Position numbers and translations under genes: made by a program. A model generated the notes under the pieces. It did not search any database. It was not told where the DNA came from and saw nothing but the letters and a program-made list of their open reading frames with translations. This document shows positions 39,167 to 48,714 of a stretch of DNA of 64,000 nt, one piece after another (positions within the stretch are counted from its first letter, which is position 1; every line of letters begins with the position of its first letter). Source of the stretch: an uncultured bacterium (lineage in GTDB: Bacteria; Chloroflexota; Anaerolineae; B4-G1); assembly GCA_965612745.1 (NCBI GenBank), contig CBFDTD010000001.1, positions 6,937 through 70,936 of the forward strand, in the 5' to 3' direction.

Positions 39167-40158
39167 TGACCGCTGAGAGTGAACCCTTGGTTCAGGTCCA
39201 TCACCTTAAGAAGTATTTCCCCATTACCCGGGGGATCATCATCCAGCATCACATCGGCGATATCAAAGCAGTGGATGATGTCAGTTTCGATATTTACAAA
39301 GGAGAGACGTTGGGGTTGGTCGGGGAGACCGGCTGTGGCAAAACCACCGTGGGCCGGACGATGCTCCGGCTGTACGAACCGACGGACGGACAGGTCATCT
39401 TCGACGGGGTAGACCTGGCTGCGCTGCGGAGGGACGAGATGCGACGCATGCGGCGAAGGATGCAGATGATCTTCCAGGACCCTTACGCTTCCCTCAACCC
39501 TCGTATGACGGTCGGTAATATTATTGCCGAGCCGCTGGAGGTGCACGGGGTTGCCCACGGGAAGGAGAAGCGGGAGCGGGTACAGGAACTCCTGCGGCTG
39601 GTGGGGCTCAATCCCTATTTCGTCAACCGTTACCCGCACGAGTTCTCCGGCGGGCAGCGGCAGCGCATCGGCATCGCTCGTGCCTTGGCCCTCAACCCTG
39701 ACCTCATCATCTGCGACGAGCCCATCTCCTCACTGGACGTATCCATCCAGGCCCAGGTGGTCAACCTGCTGGAGGACCTGCAGGACCGATTGGGTCTGAC
39801 CTATCTGTTCATCGCCCATGACCTGAGTATGGTGCGTCACATTAGCGACCGCATGGCGGTGATGTATTTGGGCAAGATCGTGGAGTTGGCCGACCGGAAT
39901 GAGATCTACTTGAACCCACTCCATCCCTACACCCAGGCGCTGATGTCGGCGGTGCCGGTACCAGACCCGGTGGTTGAGGAGAAGCGTCAGCGCATTATCC
40001 TCAAGGGGGAGATACCAAGCCCGGCTAACCCGCCTGAGGGTTGCAATTTTAACACCCGCTGCCCGGTGGCTATAGACACCTGCTTTGAGGTGGAGCCGGA
40101 GTTCATTGAGGTGCAAGAGGGGCACTTCTGTGCCTGTCACCTGGTTAAAGGCCAGTAG
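39166..40158 (+). CDS. Peptide/nickel ABC transporter ATP-binding protein (OppF/DppF-like)
   Basis: Walker A (GETGCGKT) and the signature motif (FSGGQRQR) are present. The start overlaps the previous stop (TAATG). Confidence 0.85.
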   Translation: MTAESEPLVQVHHLKKYFPITRGIIIQHHIGDIKAVDDVSFDIYKGETLGLVGETGCGKTTVGRTMLRLYEPTDGQVIFDGVDLAALRRDEMRRMRRRMQMIFQDPYASLNPRMTVGNIIAEPLEVHGVAHGKEKRERVQELLRLVGLNPYFVNRYPHEFSGGQRQRIGIARALALNPDLIICDEPISSLDVSIQAQVVNLLEDLQDRLGLTYLFIAHDLSMVRHISDRMAVMYLGKIVELADRNEIYLNPLHPYTQALMSAVPVPDPVVEEKRQRIILKGEIPSPANPPEGCNFNTRCPVAIDTCFEVEPEFIEVQEGHFCACHLVKGQ

Positions 40159-40470
40159 ACTGGTGAATTGGTAAGAGTAGCAGCACCTCGATCTATCAAT
40201 TTACAGGAGTTACGCACTTGCGGCCAGAGGTCAACCACAGAGACACGGAGGACACGGAGAAACACCGAGAAAGGCGAGAAACTCCGCGGAACTCTGTGCT
40301 CTCTGTGCCTCCGTGGTGAGAATCTATGAAACTGCGTAGGTCCTGTCAATTTACTGATTGCAATGTACCGACGAAAGGAGGTGATGCATCGGGGAGAGAG
40401 AAGTGCATAGTCTATGTAAACAATGTGTGACAAAGTCTATCCCAATCTCTAACTCTTAAGGAGGAGAAAA

Positions 40471-42195
40471 ATGCTTGCTAAGAAATGGCACGTTCTTGCC
40501 GCCGCTGTAGTGGTGGGCAGCCTGTTGCTTTCGGCCTGCGCGCCGAAGGAGGTCGTTAAGACCGTGGTGGTCACATCACCGCCCGAAGTGGTGACTGAGG
40601 TTGAGGAGGTTGAGGTGACTGTCCCGCCCGAGGTCATCGAGATCACCCCGACACCGGGGCTGGGCGCTGGCTGCACCTACAATGCCTACCGCATGGGCTG
40701 GGTGATGGACTATTCTGACGCCAACAACATCGTCAACGAGGTCTTCCACCCAGATTCGCCGTTCCAGTACACCTTCTGGGACGATGATACCTTCCGTGAC
40801 CTGGTGGACCAGGCGCTGGTGGAGACCGACCCTGATGCCCGCGCGGCGCTGTGGCGACAGGCGGAGAACATCCTGGTGACCGACTACGCCGCGGTCATCC
40901 CCATCTTCCACTACGACCGCACCGCCCTGGTCAATCCCGATATCGAGTACGAGTTCCCGCCCTTTGGTCAGGCCCATTACATGAAGTGGCGGCTGCCTGA
41001 GGGGAGGGACACCCTGCGGGTCCGTCTTGGCACGGAGCCGCCCACGCTGGACATCAATCTGGCCACCGACACCACCTCCCACGCGGTGCTCAACCAACTG
41101 ATGGAGGCTCCCTACCGCTATAAGGGGGACGGCACCATCGAGCCGGCGGGCGCCGAGTCCTACGAGGTGTCGGAGGATGGGACGGTCTACACCGTGCACC
41201 TGCGCCAGGACGCCACCTGGTCCGACGGCGAGCCGGTGGTGGCCCAGCACTACGTGGACGGGGTCCTGCGGCTCCTGAACCCGGAGACGGCGGCGGAGTA
41301 CGCCTACGTGATGTACTATATCTCCGGCGCTGAGGCCTACAACACTGGCGAGACCGACGATCCCTCCACCGTGGGCATCCGCGCCGTGGACGACTACACC
41401 CTAGAGATTACGCTCGATAAGCCCCAGGCCTTCTTCGACAGCATCCTGGCCTTCTTCACCTTCTATCCGGTTCGCCTGGATGTCATCGAGGAGTACGGCG
41501 ATCTGTGGACCGAGCCAGGGAACTTCGTGGGGAATGGCCCCTACGTGCTGACCGAGTGGGCTCATGAGGACCACTTGGTCATCGAGAAGAACCCCAATTA
41601 CCACGACGCCGATCAGGTGACCATCGAGCGGGTGGAGTACCCCATCATCGTCGAGGATGCCACGGCGCTGGCCGCCTATGAGCGGGGTGAACTGGACGTC
41701 AGCGGCTACCCCTCAGAAGAACTGCCGCGCATCCTGGAGGAGATGCCGGAGCACTTCGTCCGCCTGCCCTACCCCGGCACCTACTACATCGGCCTGAACA
41801 CCCTCCGGGCGCCCACGGACAACCTGAACTTCCGCAAGGCCCTGGCCTCCTCCATTGACAAGCGGGCCATCCTGGACTCGGTGCTCAACATGCCCTGGCG
41901 TCTCGATGCCTGTGGCGTGATCCCGCCGGAGATCCCCGGTTACCAGGGCTGCGGTGAGGTCGGCTACCAGTTCGACCTGGATGCTGCGCAGCAGTACCTG
42001 CAGGCAGCGCTGGACGAGATGGGCATTGAGGATCCAGGTGACATCCGCCTCAATCTGTGGTTCAACCGCGGCAACGAGGACGTCATCGAGTCAGTTGCCG
42101 AGCAATGGGAGACCAACCTCGGTATCAGGGTCTACGTGGTCAACATGGAGTGGGGTGCTTACCTGCAGACCCTCGACGAGTGCAACAACCCGTAG
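40471..42195 (+). CDS. Family-5 (peptide/nickel) substrate-binding lipoprotein that appears circularly permuted relative to canonical DppA/OppA
   Basis: A lipobox (LLSACAP) is present. Residues about 60-185 look like the C-terminal end of SBP_bac_5 (compare DppA ...GWTGDNGDPDNFF...IIAHSTVFEPVRKEVKGY). Residues about 190-574 start like the canonical N-terminus (TLRVRLGTEPPTLD...). They end at MEWGAYLQTLDE, the point where the canonical C-terminal segment would begin. Confidence 0.75.
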   Translation: MLAKKWHVLAAAVVVGSLLLSACAPKEVVKTVVVTSPPEVVTEVEEVEVTVPPEVIEITPTPGLGAGCTYNAYRMGWVMDYSDANNIVNEVFHPDSPFQYTFWDDDTFRDLVDQALVETDPDARAALWRQAENILVTDYAAVIPIFHYDRTALVNPDIEYEFPPFGQAHYMKWRLPEGRDTLRVRLGTEPPTLDINLATDTTSHAVLNQLMEAPYRYKGDGTIEPAGAESYEVSEDGTVYTVHLRQDATWSDGEPVVAQHYVDGVLRLLNPETAAEYAYVMYYISGAEAYNTGETDDPSTVGIRAVDDYTLEITLDKPQAFFDSILAFFTFYPVRLDVIEEYGDLWTEPGNFVGNGPYVLTEWAHEDHLVIEKNPNYHDADQVTIERVEYPIIVEDATALAAYERGELDVSGYPSEELPRILEEMPEHFVRLPYPGTYYIGLNTLRAPTDNLNFRKALASSIDKRAILDSVLNMPWRLDACGVIPPEIPGYQGCGEVGYQFDLDAAQQYLQAALDEMGIEDPGDIRLNLWFNRGNEDVIESVAEQWETNLGIRVYVVNMEWGAYLQTLDECNNP

Positions 42196-42386
42196 CCTCC
42201 GGGCTACCCAGAGGTTTCCCTGGGGTTCCCGCGAGGGAACCCCAGGGTCCTTATCTCCAAAGGTTGGGGCCATCCACGAACATGATCACGAGTCCACGAA
42301 TTCACGAGTGATATATATGGTTCGCAGATTCGTGACCAGGTTTGTGGGAGTTGATCCCGGGGGGAGAGATTTCTAAGGAGGAGATC

Positions 42387-43520
42387 ATGCAGAGATTTAT
42401 TTTACGGCGAATCCTGTGGAACATCCCGGTGTTGATCCTGATCAGCGTCGTTACCTTCGGAATGATGCAACTTGTGCCGGGAGGGCCCTTCACGGCGGGC
42501 GGGGGAGGCCGACCAATCCCGCCGGAGATCCGGGCTAATATGGAGGCCAAATACGGGCTCGATAAGCCAATCTGGCAACAGTACCTGAACTATATGGGGC
42601 GGCTGATCTTCCACTTCGACTTCGGTCCCTCCCTGCGGAACCCTGGCCGCACGGTCAACGCGATGCTCTTCGGTGGCAACTTCCTGGTGGACGTGCTGCG
42701 GGAGCAACTGAAGGCCACCTTCGGCACGGAGGCCAGTTCGATGACCTTTGCCGAGTCTCCCAGTATCTTCGATTCCTCCGCCCTGGTGGTGAAGACTAAT
42801 GGGGAAGTGGTGGGCTACATCGCCATCACCGGGTCCGACCGGCTCGAGGCCATCAGACGCTTCCTGTCTTTGGCGCCCATTATGGTCTCAGCCCAGGTGG
42901 GGCTGGTCTCCATCGGCCTGGCCCTTTTCGTCGGCATTCCCCTGGGCATCGTCTCTGCTCTGAAGCAGAACTCGTGGGTGGACTATAGCGCTATGTTTGT
43001 CTCCATGCTGGGGGTCTCTATCCCTAACTTCCTTCTTGGTATCGGATTAATTCTGGTCTTTGCCCTTTGGTTGGGATGGCTGCCTACCTATGGCTGGGGG
43101 GAGGACTGGAAGCAGGTGATTATGCCGGCCATCACCTTGGGCACGGGTGGTATGGCCATTATCGCCCGGCTGACCCGGGCCAGCATGCTAGAGGTGATCC
43201 GCGCCGACTACATCCGTACTGCCCGGGCTAAGGGGCTGGCGGAGCGGATCGTGATCGTCCGTCACGCACTGAAGAATTCTCTCATCCCAGTGGTCACTGT
43301 CATGGGGCCGATGATGGCCGGTTGGCTCACCGGCTCCTTCCTGGTAGAGTGGGTTTTCTCCATCGGTGGCATCGGCAAGTTCTTCGTCAGCGCGGTCACC
43401 AACCGGGACTATACCCTGATTATGGGTACGATTCTGATCTATTCGGTGGCCCTGGTTGTGTTCAACCTGCTGGTGGATATCGCTTATGGGTTCATTGACC
43501 CGCGCATTCGGTTTGAGTAG
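42387..43520 (+). CDS. ABC transporter permease (DppB/OppB-like) with a roughly 90-aa insertion after TM1
   Basis: The N-terminus ILRRILWNIPVLILISVVTF and the EAA-like loop are present. The start was set after the aaggagg RBS. Confidence 0.8.
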   Translation: MQRFILRRILWNIPVLILISVVTFGMMQLVPGGPFTAGGGGRPIPPEIRANMEAKYGLDKPIWQQYLNYMGRLIFHFDFGPSLRNPGRTVNAMLFGGNFLVDVLREQLKATFGTEASSMTFAESPSIFDSSALVVKTNGEVVGYIAITGSDRLEAIRRFLSLAPIMVSAQVGLVSIGLALFVGIPLGIVSALKQNSWVDYSAMFVSMLGVSIPNFLLGIGLILVFALWLGWLPTYGWGEDWKQVIMPAITLGTGGMAIIARLTRASMLEVIRADYIRTARAKGLAERIVIVRHALKNSLIPVVTVMGPMMAGWLTGSFLVEWVFSIGGIGKFFVSAVTNRDYTLIMGTILIYSVALVVFNLLVDIAYGFIDPRIRFE

Positions 43521-43586
43521 TGACTTGAGAGAACCCGGTTTGCTGAAAGAAAACGGGTTTCTAAACTTCTGTGAGAGGTGTGAACT

Positions 43587-44585
43587 ATGGCTGAGAGTGC
43601 TTCTGAGCGACGCAGGCGGGAAGAGGAGGCCCAGTTCGCCGAGCGAGGTGTAAGCCTGTGGCAGGACGCCTGGCGGCGATTGCTGCGCAACCGTATGGCG
43701 GTGGCAGGGCTGCTCTTTATTGGTTTCCTGGTCTTTTGCTTTATCACCGCCGACTTTCTTCCACCGTACAGTTACCGGGAGGCCGACTACGAGAACACGC
43801 GCATCGGCCCGCGCTGGCCCGACCATATTTTCGGCACCGATAAACTGGGGCGAGACGTGTTTAGTCGAGTGTGGTGGGGCACACGTGTTTCTCTCACTGT
43901 TGCAGTCGTTGGTTCGCTGACGGCGCTGGTCATCGGTGTCACTTACGGGGCCATCTCCGGCTACCTGGGTGGCCGGATAGATAACCTCATGATGCGCTTT
44001 GTGGACGTGATGTATGGCTTCCCCACCCTCCTTTTCATCATCCTGATTATGGTGGTCCTGCCGTCGGAGACCGCTATCCAGGGTATGATCAATATCTTCA
44101 TCGCTATCGGTGTCGTGGGGTGGATGGGGATGGCCCGCCTTGTCCGGGGGCAGTTCCTCTCCCTGCGAGAGAAGGAGTTCGTCCTGGCGGCGCGAATGGT
44201 CGGTGCCGGCCCGGCCCGTATCATCTCCCGTCACCTGTTGCCCAACAGCCTGGGTCCGGCCATCGTCTCGCTGACGCTGGGTATCCCGAGCCTGATCCTG
44301 ACCGAGGCGGTGTTGAGTTTCATTGGTCTGGGCGTACCACCGCCGTACCCCAGTTGGGGCCAGATGGTGTCCGAAGGGTGGCGCGGGCTGCGGGCCACGC
44401 CCCACCTGACCGTCTTCCCCGGCCTGGCGATTAGTCTGACTATGCTGGCTTTCAACTTCCTGGGGGACGGTCTGCGGGACGCGCTGGACCCGACAATGCG
44501 GGGCACCGCTTTGGTCCGCGCAGCACGACGGAAGAAGCGGCGAGCGAGGAGGGCAGCGCGTAGAGCGGCAGCCAAGGCCGCTTAG
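43587..44585 (+). CDS. ABC transporter permease (DppC/OppC-like)
   Basis: The DppC pattern is present. The C-terminal tail is basic (RRKKRRARRAARRAA). Confidence 0.8.
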   Translation: MAESASERRRREEEAQFAERGVSLWQDAWRRLLRNRMAVAGLLFIGFLVFCFITADFLPPYSYREADYENTRIGPRWPDHIFGTDKLGRDVFSRVWWGTRVSLTVAVVGSLTALVIGVTYGAISGYLGGRIDNLMMRFVDVMYGFPTLLFIILIMVVLPSETAIQGMINIFIAIGVVGWMGMARLVRGQFLSLREKEFVLAARMVGAGPARIISRHLLPNSLGPAIVSLTLGIPSLILTEAVLSFIGLGVPPPYPSWGQMVSEGWRGLRATPHLTVFPGLAISLTMLAFNFLGDGLRDALDPTMRGTALVRAARRKKRRARRAARRAAAKAA

Positions 44586-44702
44586 AGTGCTTGGCTGCTG
44601 CGAGCAAGCAGCGGAGTGCGGAAAGGCGGGGGGTACGGGTCGAGAGATTAGGCGTGCCCCCCGTTTTCCTATGTCAAATGCCCCACATGGGGGGGAGGCG
44701 GA

Positions 44703-46400
44703 ATGAAGCGGTGGGGATACTGGATCATCGTCGGAGTGGTGTCACTGGCCTTGGCTGCCCTGATCGGATGGGCCACCACTTACACTCCGCTGTTGACGCC
44801 CTCTGCGTCGGAGGAGTGGAGCCGGGGGCGGCTCCTCGGCGTGACGCCGGTGAGTATTCCGGTGGATGTCCAGGCGGCCCCCGATGGTGGGGTGTTCCTA
44901 ACCTGGGTGGACCTCGACGACCGGCTACACGTGGTGCGATTGGGGACAAGCGGGCAGGTCATCGCAGACTGGACGCCTGGCGTGGGAGCGGACATCCCAC
45001 GGGAACCGCGTCTCCTTGTGGGACCGGGAGACGAGATTCATCTTATCTGGCGGGAGACGGGTGGGGGACGCTCACTCTTGACCTATGCCCGGCTGAGCAG
45101 CGGGGCCTCTGTGCAGGTTGGCCCGCTCTCCCTTTCGCTGCCGGGGGATGAGGCCCAATCCCCATGTCTGGCTTTCGACCGTCAGGGCGAGGTTGAGGTC
45201 TTCTGGGTCGGCCAGGCGGGTATCTACCAGGTTGCCCTCAGCGCCGAGGGGGAGGTGCAGGGCGACCCTGTCCTGCTGGTCGAAGGTGGTGAGGACGTCA
45301 GTATCCAGGTGGACCGAGAGGGCATCTTCCATCTCACCTGGCTACAGGGGATGGGGCCAAACGAGAGGGTAATCTATTATGCTTTACTTGATCCAGAGCA
45401 GGGGGACTTGAGCCAGCCGGAGGAGATGAGTAGGGTCTTTCTACGTACCGGTCAGCGTGTGGAAAGTCTCGCCGTGGGCATTGATAGCAGTACGGGCTAC
45501 ATCTTGTGGGTTATCCAGGACTTGAGGGACATCAGTTCCAGAGCCCAGTATGCTTTCTTTCCTCTTGAGATACCGCGGCAGAAGAAGGTCAGGACCCTGC
45601 AGCTGGACGAGGGGAGCGATCCGCTGAGCCTTTGGGCTATGCGCGGCCAGTACGAGACGTTGCTGGTCGCCCTGACTGAGACCACTATGACGCCAGATGG
45701 CCCACAACTTCAAATCGGCGTCATCGGCTTGCGCGGCGAGCAGACGTCAGAGAATGCCGTTTGGGCAGCGGTTGAAAATCGGGGATCAACGACCGTCGTT
45801 GACCAGAGCAGTTGGCCGGAGGATCAGTACATCGTCACTGCTTCGGATCGCCCCTCCCTCAAGCCAAGTTTGGCAGTGGATACACAGAGCCATCTCCATC
45901 TGGTCTGGCTGGAGACCGGGGGCTTCGGAGTGTACCGTGTGGCCTACGCCAGCACCGCTCCAGGGGTGAAGGAGAATTATAATGCCTTGACCTTGTGGGA
46001 TGTAGTCAATGGTGCTTTGAGCGTCGCTATGCAACTTTTCCTGGCAGTGGGGCTGGCACCGGTCCTGGCTGTTGGTTGGTCTCTACTTCCTCTGATGTGG
46101 TTGATCGGCTATCATCTGGTCACCGGGTATGAGACCCTGACGGTACCGGGAGCACGAGTGGCCCTGGGCGTATCTGTGTTGCTGGAAGTGGTGTGCACGT
46201 ATTTGCTCTCTCCTTATCGAAGCGGCGTGCCTGGAATGATTCGGTGGATTGTGCCGCTTGCTGTTGCTGCTGTTGCTCTACTGTTAACCATGCTGTATCT
46301 GCGGAAGCGGGATGAGCAGTCCTTATTTGGGGCTTTCTTTGTCTTCGCTCTCATCTACGGTTTTTTTCAAGTGGCGTTTGTGGCACTCCTGCATTTGTAG
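44703..46400 (+). CDS. Hypothetical membrane protein with an N-terminal TM helix, a roughly 400-aa extracytoplasmic repeat (beta-propeller-like) region and a C-terminal four-TM bundle
   Basis: There are recurring strand motifs (HLIWRETGG, VEVFWVGQAG, FHLTWLQGMG, GYILWVIQD, LHLVWLETGG), and the ends are hydrophobic. No family was recognised. Confidence 0.45.
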   Translation: MKRWGYWIIVGVVSLALAALIGWATTYTPLLTPSASEEWSRGRLLGVTPVSIPVDVQAAPDGGVFLTWVDLDDRLHVVRLGTSGQVIADWTPGVGADIPREPRLLVGPGDEIHLIWRETGGGRSLLTYARLSSGASVQVGPLSLSLPGDEAQSPCLAFDRQGEVEVFWVGQAGIYQVALSAEGEVQGDPVLLVEGGEDVSIQVDREGIFHLTWLQGMGPNERVIYYALLDPEQGDLSQPEEMSRVFLRTGQRVESLAVGIDSSTGYILWVIQDLRDISSRAQYAFFPLEIPRQKKVRTLQLDEGSDPLSLWAMRGQYETLLVALTETTMTPDGPQLQIGVIGLRGEQTSENAVWAAVENRGSTTVVDQSSWPEDQYIVTASDRPSLKPSLAVDTQSHLHLVWLETGGFGVYRVAYASTAPGVKENYNALTLWDVVNGALSVAMQLFLAVGLAPVLAVGWSLLPLMWLIGYHLVTGYETLTVPGARVALGVSVLLEVVCTYLLSPYRSGVPGMIRWIVPLAVAAVALLLTMLYLRKRDEQSLFGAFFVFALIYGFFQVAFVALLHL

Positions 46401-46749
46401 GATGAATATAGGGCACCATTGGACTCGCTGCGGGGCATCCCTGTTGGTACTGACAGTTCTCCTGGTCGCCTGCGCCTCGCTGCCCCACGGGGCTAAGGAG
46501 GCTGTCTTGCGCACCTTTGACTCCGAGGAGCAGCCGCGTATTCACTCTGCTCGCAGAGTAGATCCCCTGCTGGAGGATCTGAAGATGGGAGTGTCAACTC
46601 ATTCTGAACCATCCCCTTAGTTTTGCATACCCCATCGTGCGCGACGACCAGCACCTCCTCCGAGGGACTGGTCGTTTGCTGTTGTCCAACCTACCAATCT
46701 TGCACTCCGGCCCGTATGATGTTATACTCTTCTCCGTGAGGAGGGATAA

Positions 46750-48693
46750 ATGCTGTACCAACGGCGATGGGTCTTTGTCGCTTTCGCCGCAGCGCTCCTG
46801 CTGTTTGCTGCCTGCGCTCCCCAAATCATAACCGTCACCGTGACGGCGCCACCGGAGACAGTCGTCGTCACGGCTACACCTTCACCTACACCTCTACCCA
46901 CCCCCTTGCCCCCGCCGGGGCCTAAGGTGCTCACCGTCTGCTTGGTTGGCGAGCCCGATACACTGTACCTCTACGGTGGCTCTCGTATGGCGGCTACGCG
47001 GCACGTGATGGAGGCGCTCTACGATGGCCCCATTGACCACCTCAACTATGCTTACCGGCCGGTGATCCTGCAGAAAGTGCCCAGCATCGCCGATGGTGAT
47101 GCGGTCACGCGCACCGTGCGTGTGCGGGAGGGCGACCGCGTGGTTGACGCCGAGGGTGCAGTCGTGGAACTGACAGAGGGGGTGCGTATCCGTCCGCCCG
47201 GCTGCCACGCCGATGAGTGCACGGTCGAGTTCGAGGGCGAACCGCTGTGGATGGAGAGAATTGAGGTCACGTTTGCCCTGCGGGAGGATGTCACCTGGGC
47301 CGATGGCGAGCCGCTCACGGCGGCCGATTCGGTCTTCGCTTTCCAGGTGGCCTCCGATCCCGCCACGCCCGGCAGCCGCTACCTGGTGGAACGCACGGCC
47401 CGGTATCGTTCCCTGGGCAAGTGGCGCGTAAAGTGGGTCGGGCTGCCTGGATTCATTCCCTCCACCTACTTTTTGAACTTCTTCACCCCCCTGCCGCGCC
47501 ATCAATTAGAGGGCCGTTCTCCCGCCGAGTTGTTGCAGGCCGATGAGACCCGGCGCTATCCCCTAGGTTGGGGACCGTTCGTCGTCGAGGAGTGGATACG
47601 GGGAGATCACATCACGCTCTCCCGCAATCCCCATTATTTCCGCGCCGCCGAGGGGCTGCCCTATCTGGACCAGGTGGTGTTCAAGTTCACCTCCGGCGCG
47701 CCGGAGATGATCGCCCGTCTCCTCTCAGGCGAGTGCGACATCGGCGCTCAGGATGCCGACTTCGAGCCGTTCATGCCGCTGCTGGTGCAGGCTGAGCAGC
47801 AGGGCCTGCTGAAGATGATTTCCGCGACCGGCAACGGGTGGGAGCACATTGACTTTGGCATTGACCCCGTTCCTGACTACCGGCGGGCGGATTTCTTCGG
47901 GGACGTGCGGGTGCGACAGGCTATCGTCCAATGCATTGACCGCCAGGCTATCGTGGACGAGGTCGCTTATGGCCGCAGCGTCGTGCCAGATAGTTACCTG
48001 CCGCCGGAGCATCCCCTCTACGCGGGCAACGATCTGGTGCATTGGGACTACGATCCGATGGCCGGACGGGCACTGCTGGAGGAGGTGGGGTGGCTGGATG
48101 AGGACGAGGATGGCGTGCGCGAGGCGCACCGCGTTCAAGGGATCCGTATCGGCACACCGTTCGAGATCACGCTCTTAACGTCTTCGGAGAGTACGGTCTC
48201 GCAACAGGTGGCGCGCATTGTCAAAGCCAACCTAGCAGATTGCGGCATCCGCGTCAATTTGGAGGCCCGGCCTTCGTGGGAATTCTTCGCCGACGGGCCG
48301 GAAGGGCCTCTCTTTGGTCGCCGATTTGATCTGGCCGAGATGGCGTGGCGGTTTGAGGACATCCCTCCATGTGAGCACTACATGTCTTCTGAGATACCGG
48401 ACAAGGGGCACTGGCACGGGAGCAATCCCACCGGCTACAGTAATCCCGACTATGATGCAGTGTGCCGGGCAGCACTCCAGGCACTGCCTGGCACCCGGGA
48501 GTACGAGAAATATCATAAGCAAGCACAGGTCATTCTCTCGGAAGAACTTCCCACCATCCCGCTCTTCATATGGCCGCGGATCGCTCTAGCCCGACCGGGG
48601 GTGCTTAACTTCGCGCTGGATCCCACCGCACAGAGCGAGTTGTGGAACATCGAGGTGCTGGACTTGCAAGACGTGCCACCGGCTAACCGCTGA
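46750..48693 (+). CDS. Family-5 substrate-binding lipoprotein in the canonical domain order
   Basis: A lipobox (LFAACAP) and a PT linker are present, and both the N- and C-terminal SBP_bac_5 patterns are found. Confidence 0.8.
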   Translation: MLYQRRWVFVAFAAALLLFAACAPQIITVTVTAPPETVVVTATPSPTPLPTPLPPPGPKVLTVCLVGEPDTLYLYGGSRMAATRHVMEALYDGPIDHLNYAYRPVILQKVPSIADGDAVTRTVRVREGDRVVDAEGAVVELTEGVRIRPPGCHADECTVEFEGEPLWMERIEVTFALREDVTWADGEPLTAADSVFAFQVASDPATPGSRYLVERTARYRSLGKWRVKWVGLPGFIPSTYFLNFFTPLPRHQLEGRSPAELLQADETRRYPLGWGPFVVEEWIRGDHITLSRNPHYFRAAEGLPYLDQVVFKFTSGAPEMIARLLSGECDIGAQDADFEPFMPLLVQAEQQGLLKMISATGNGWEHIDFGIDPVPDYRRADFFGDVRVRQAIVQCIDRQAIVDEVAYGRSVVPDSYLPPEHPLYAGNDLVHWDYDPMAGRALLEEVGWLDEDEDGVREAHRVQGIRIGTPFEITLLTSSESTVSQQVARIVKANLADCGIRVNLEARPSWEFFADGPEGPLFGRRFDLAEMAWRFEDIPPCEHYMSSEIPDKGHWHGSNPTGYSNPDYDAVCRAALQALPGTREYEKYHKQAQVILSEELPTIPLFIWPRIALARPGVLNFALDPTAQSELWNIEVLDLQDVPPANR

Positions 48694-48714
48694 CTGCTAA
48701 CTGCTAATCGTGAG

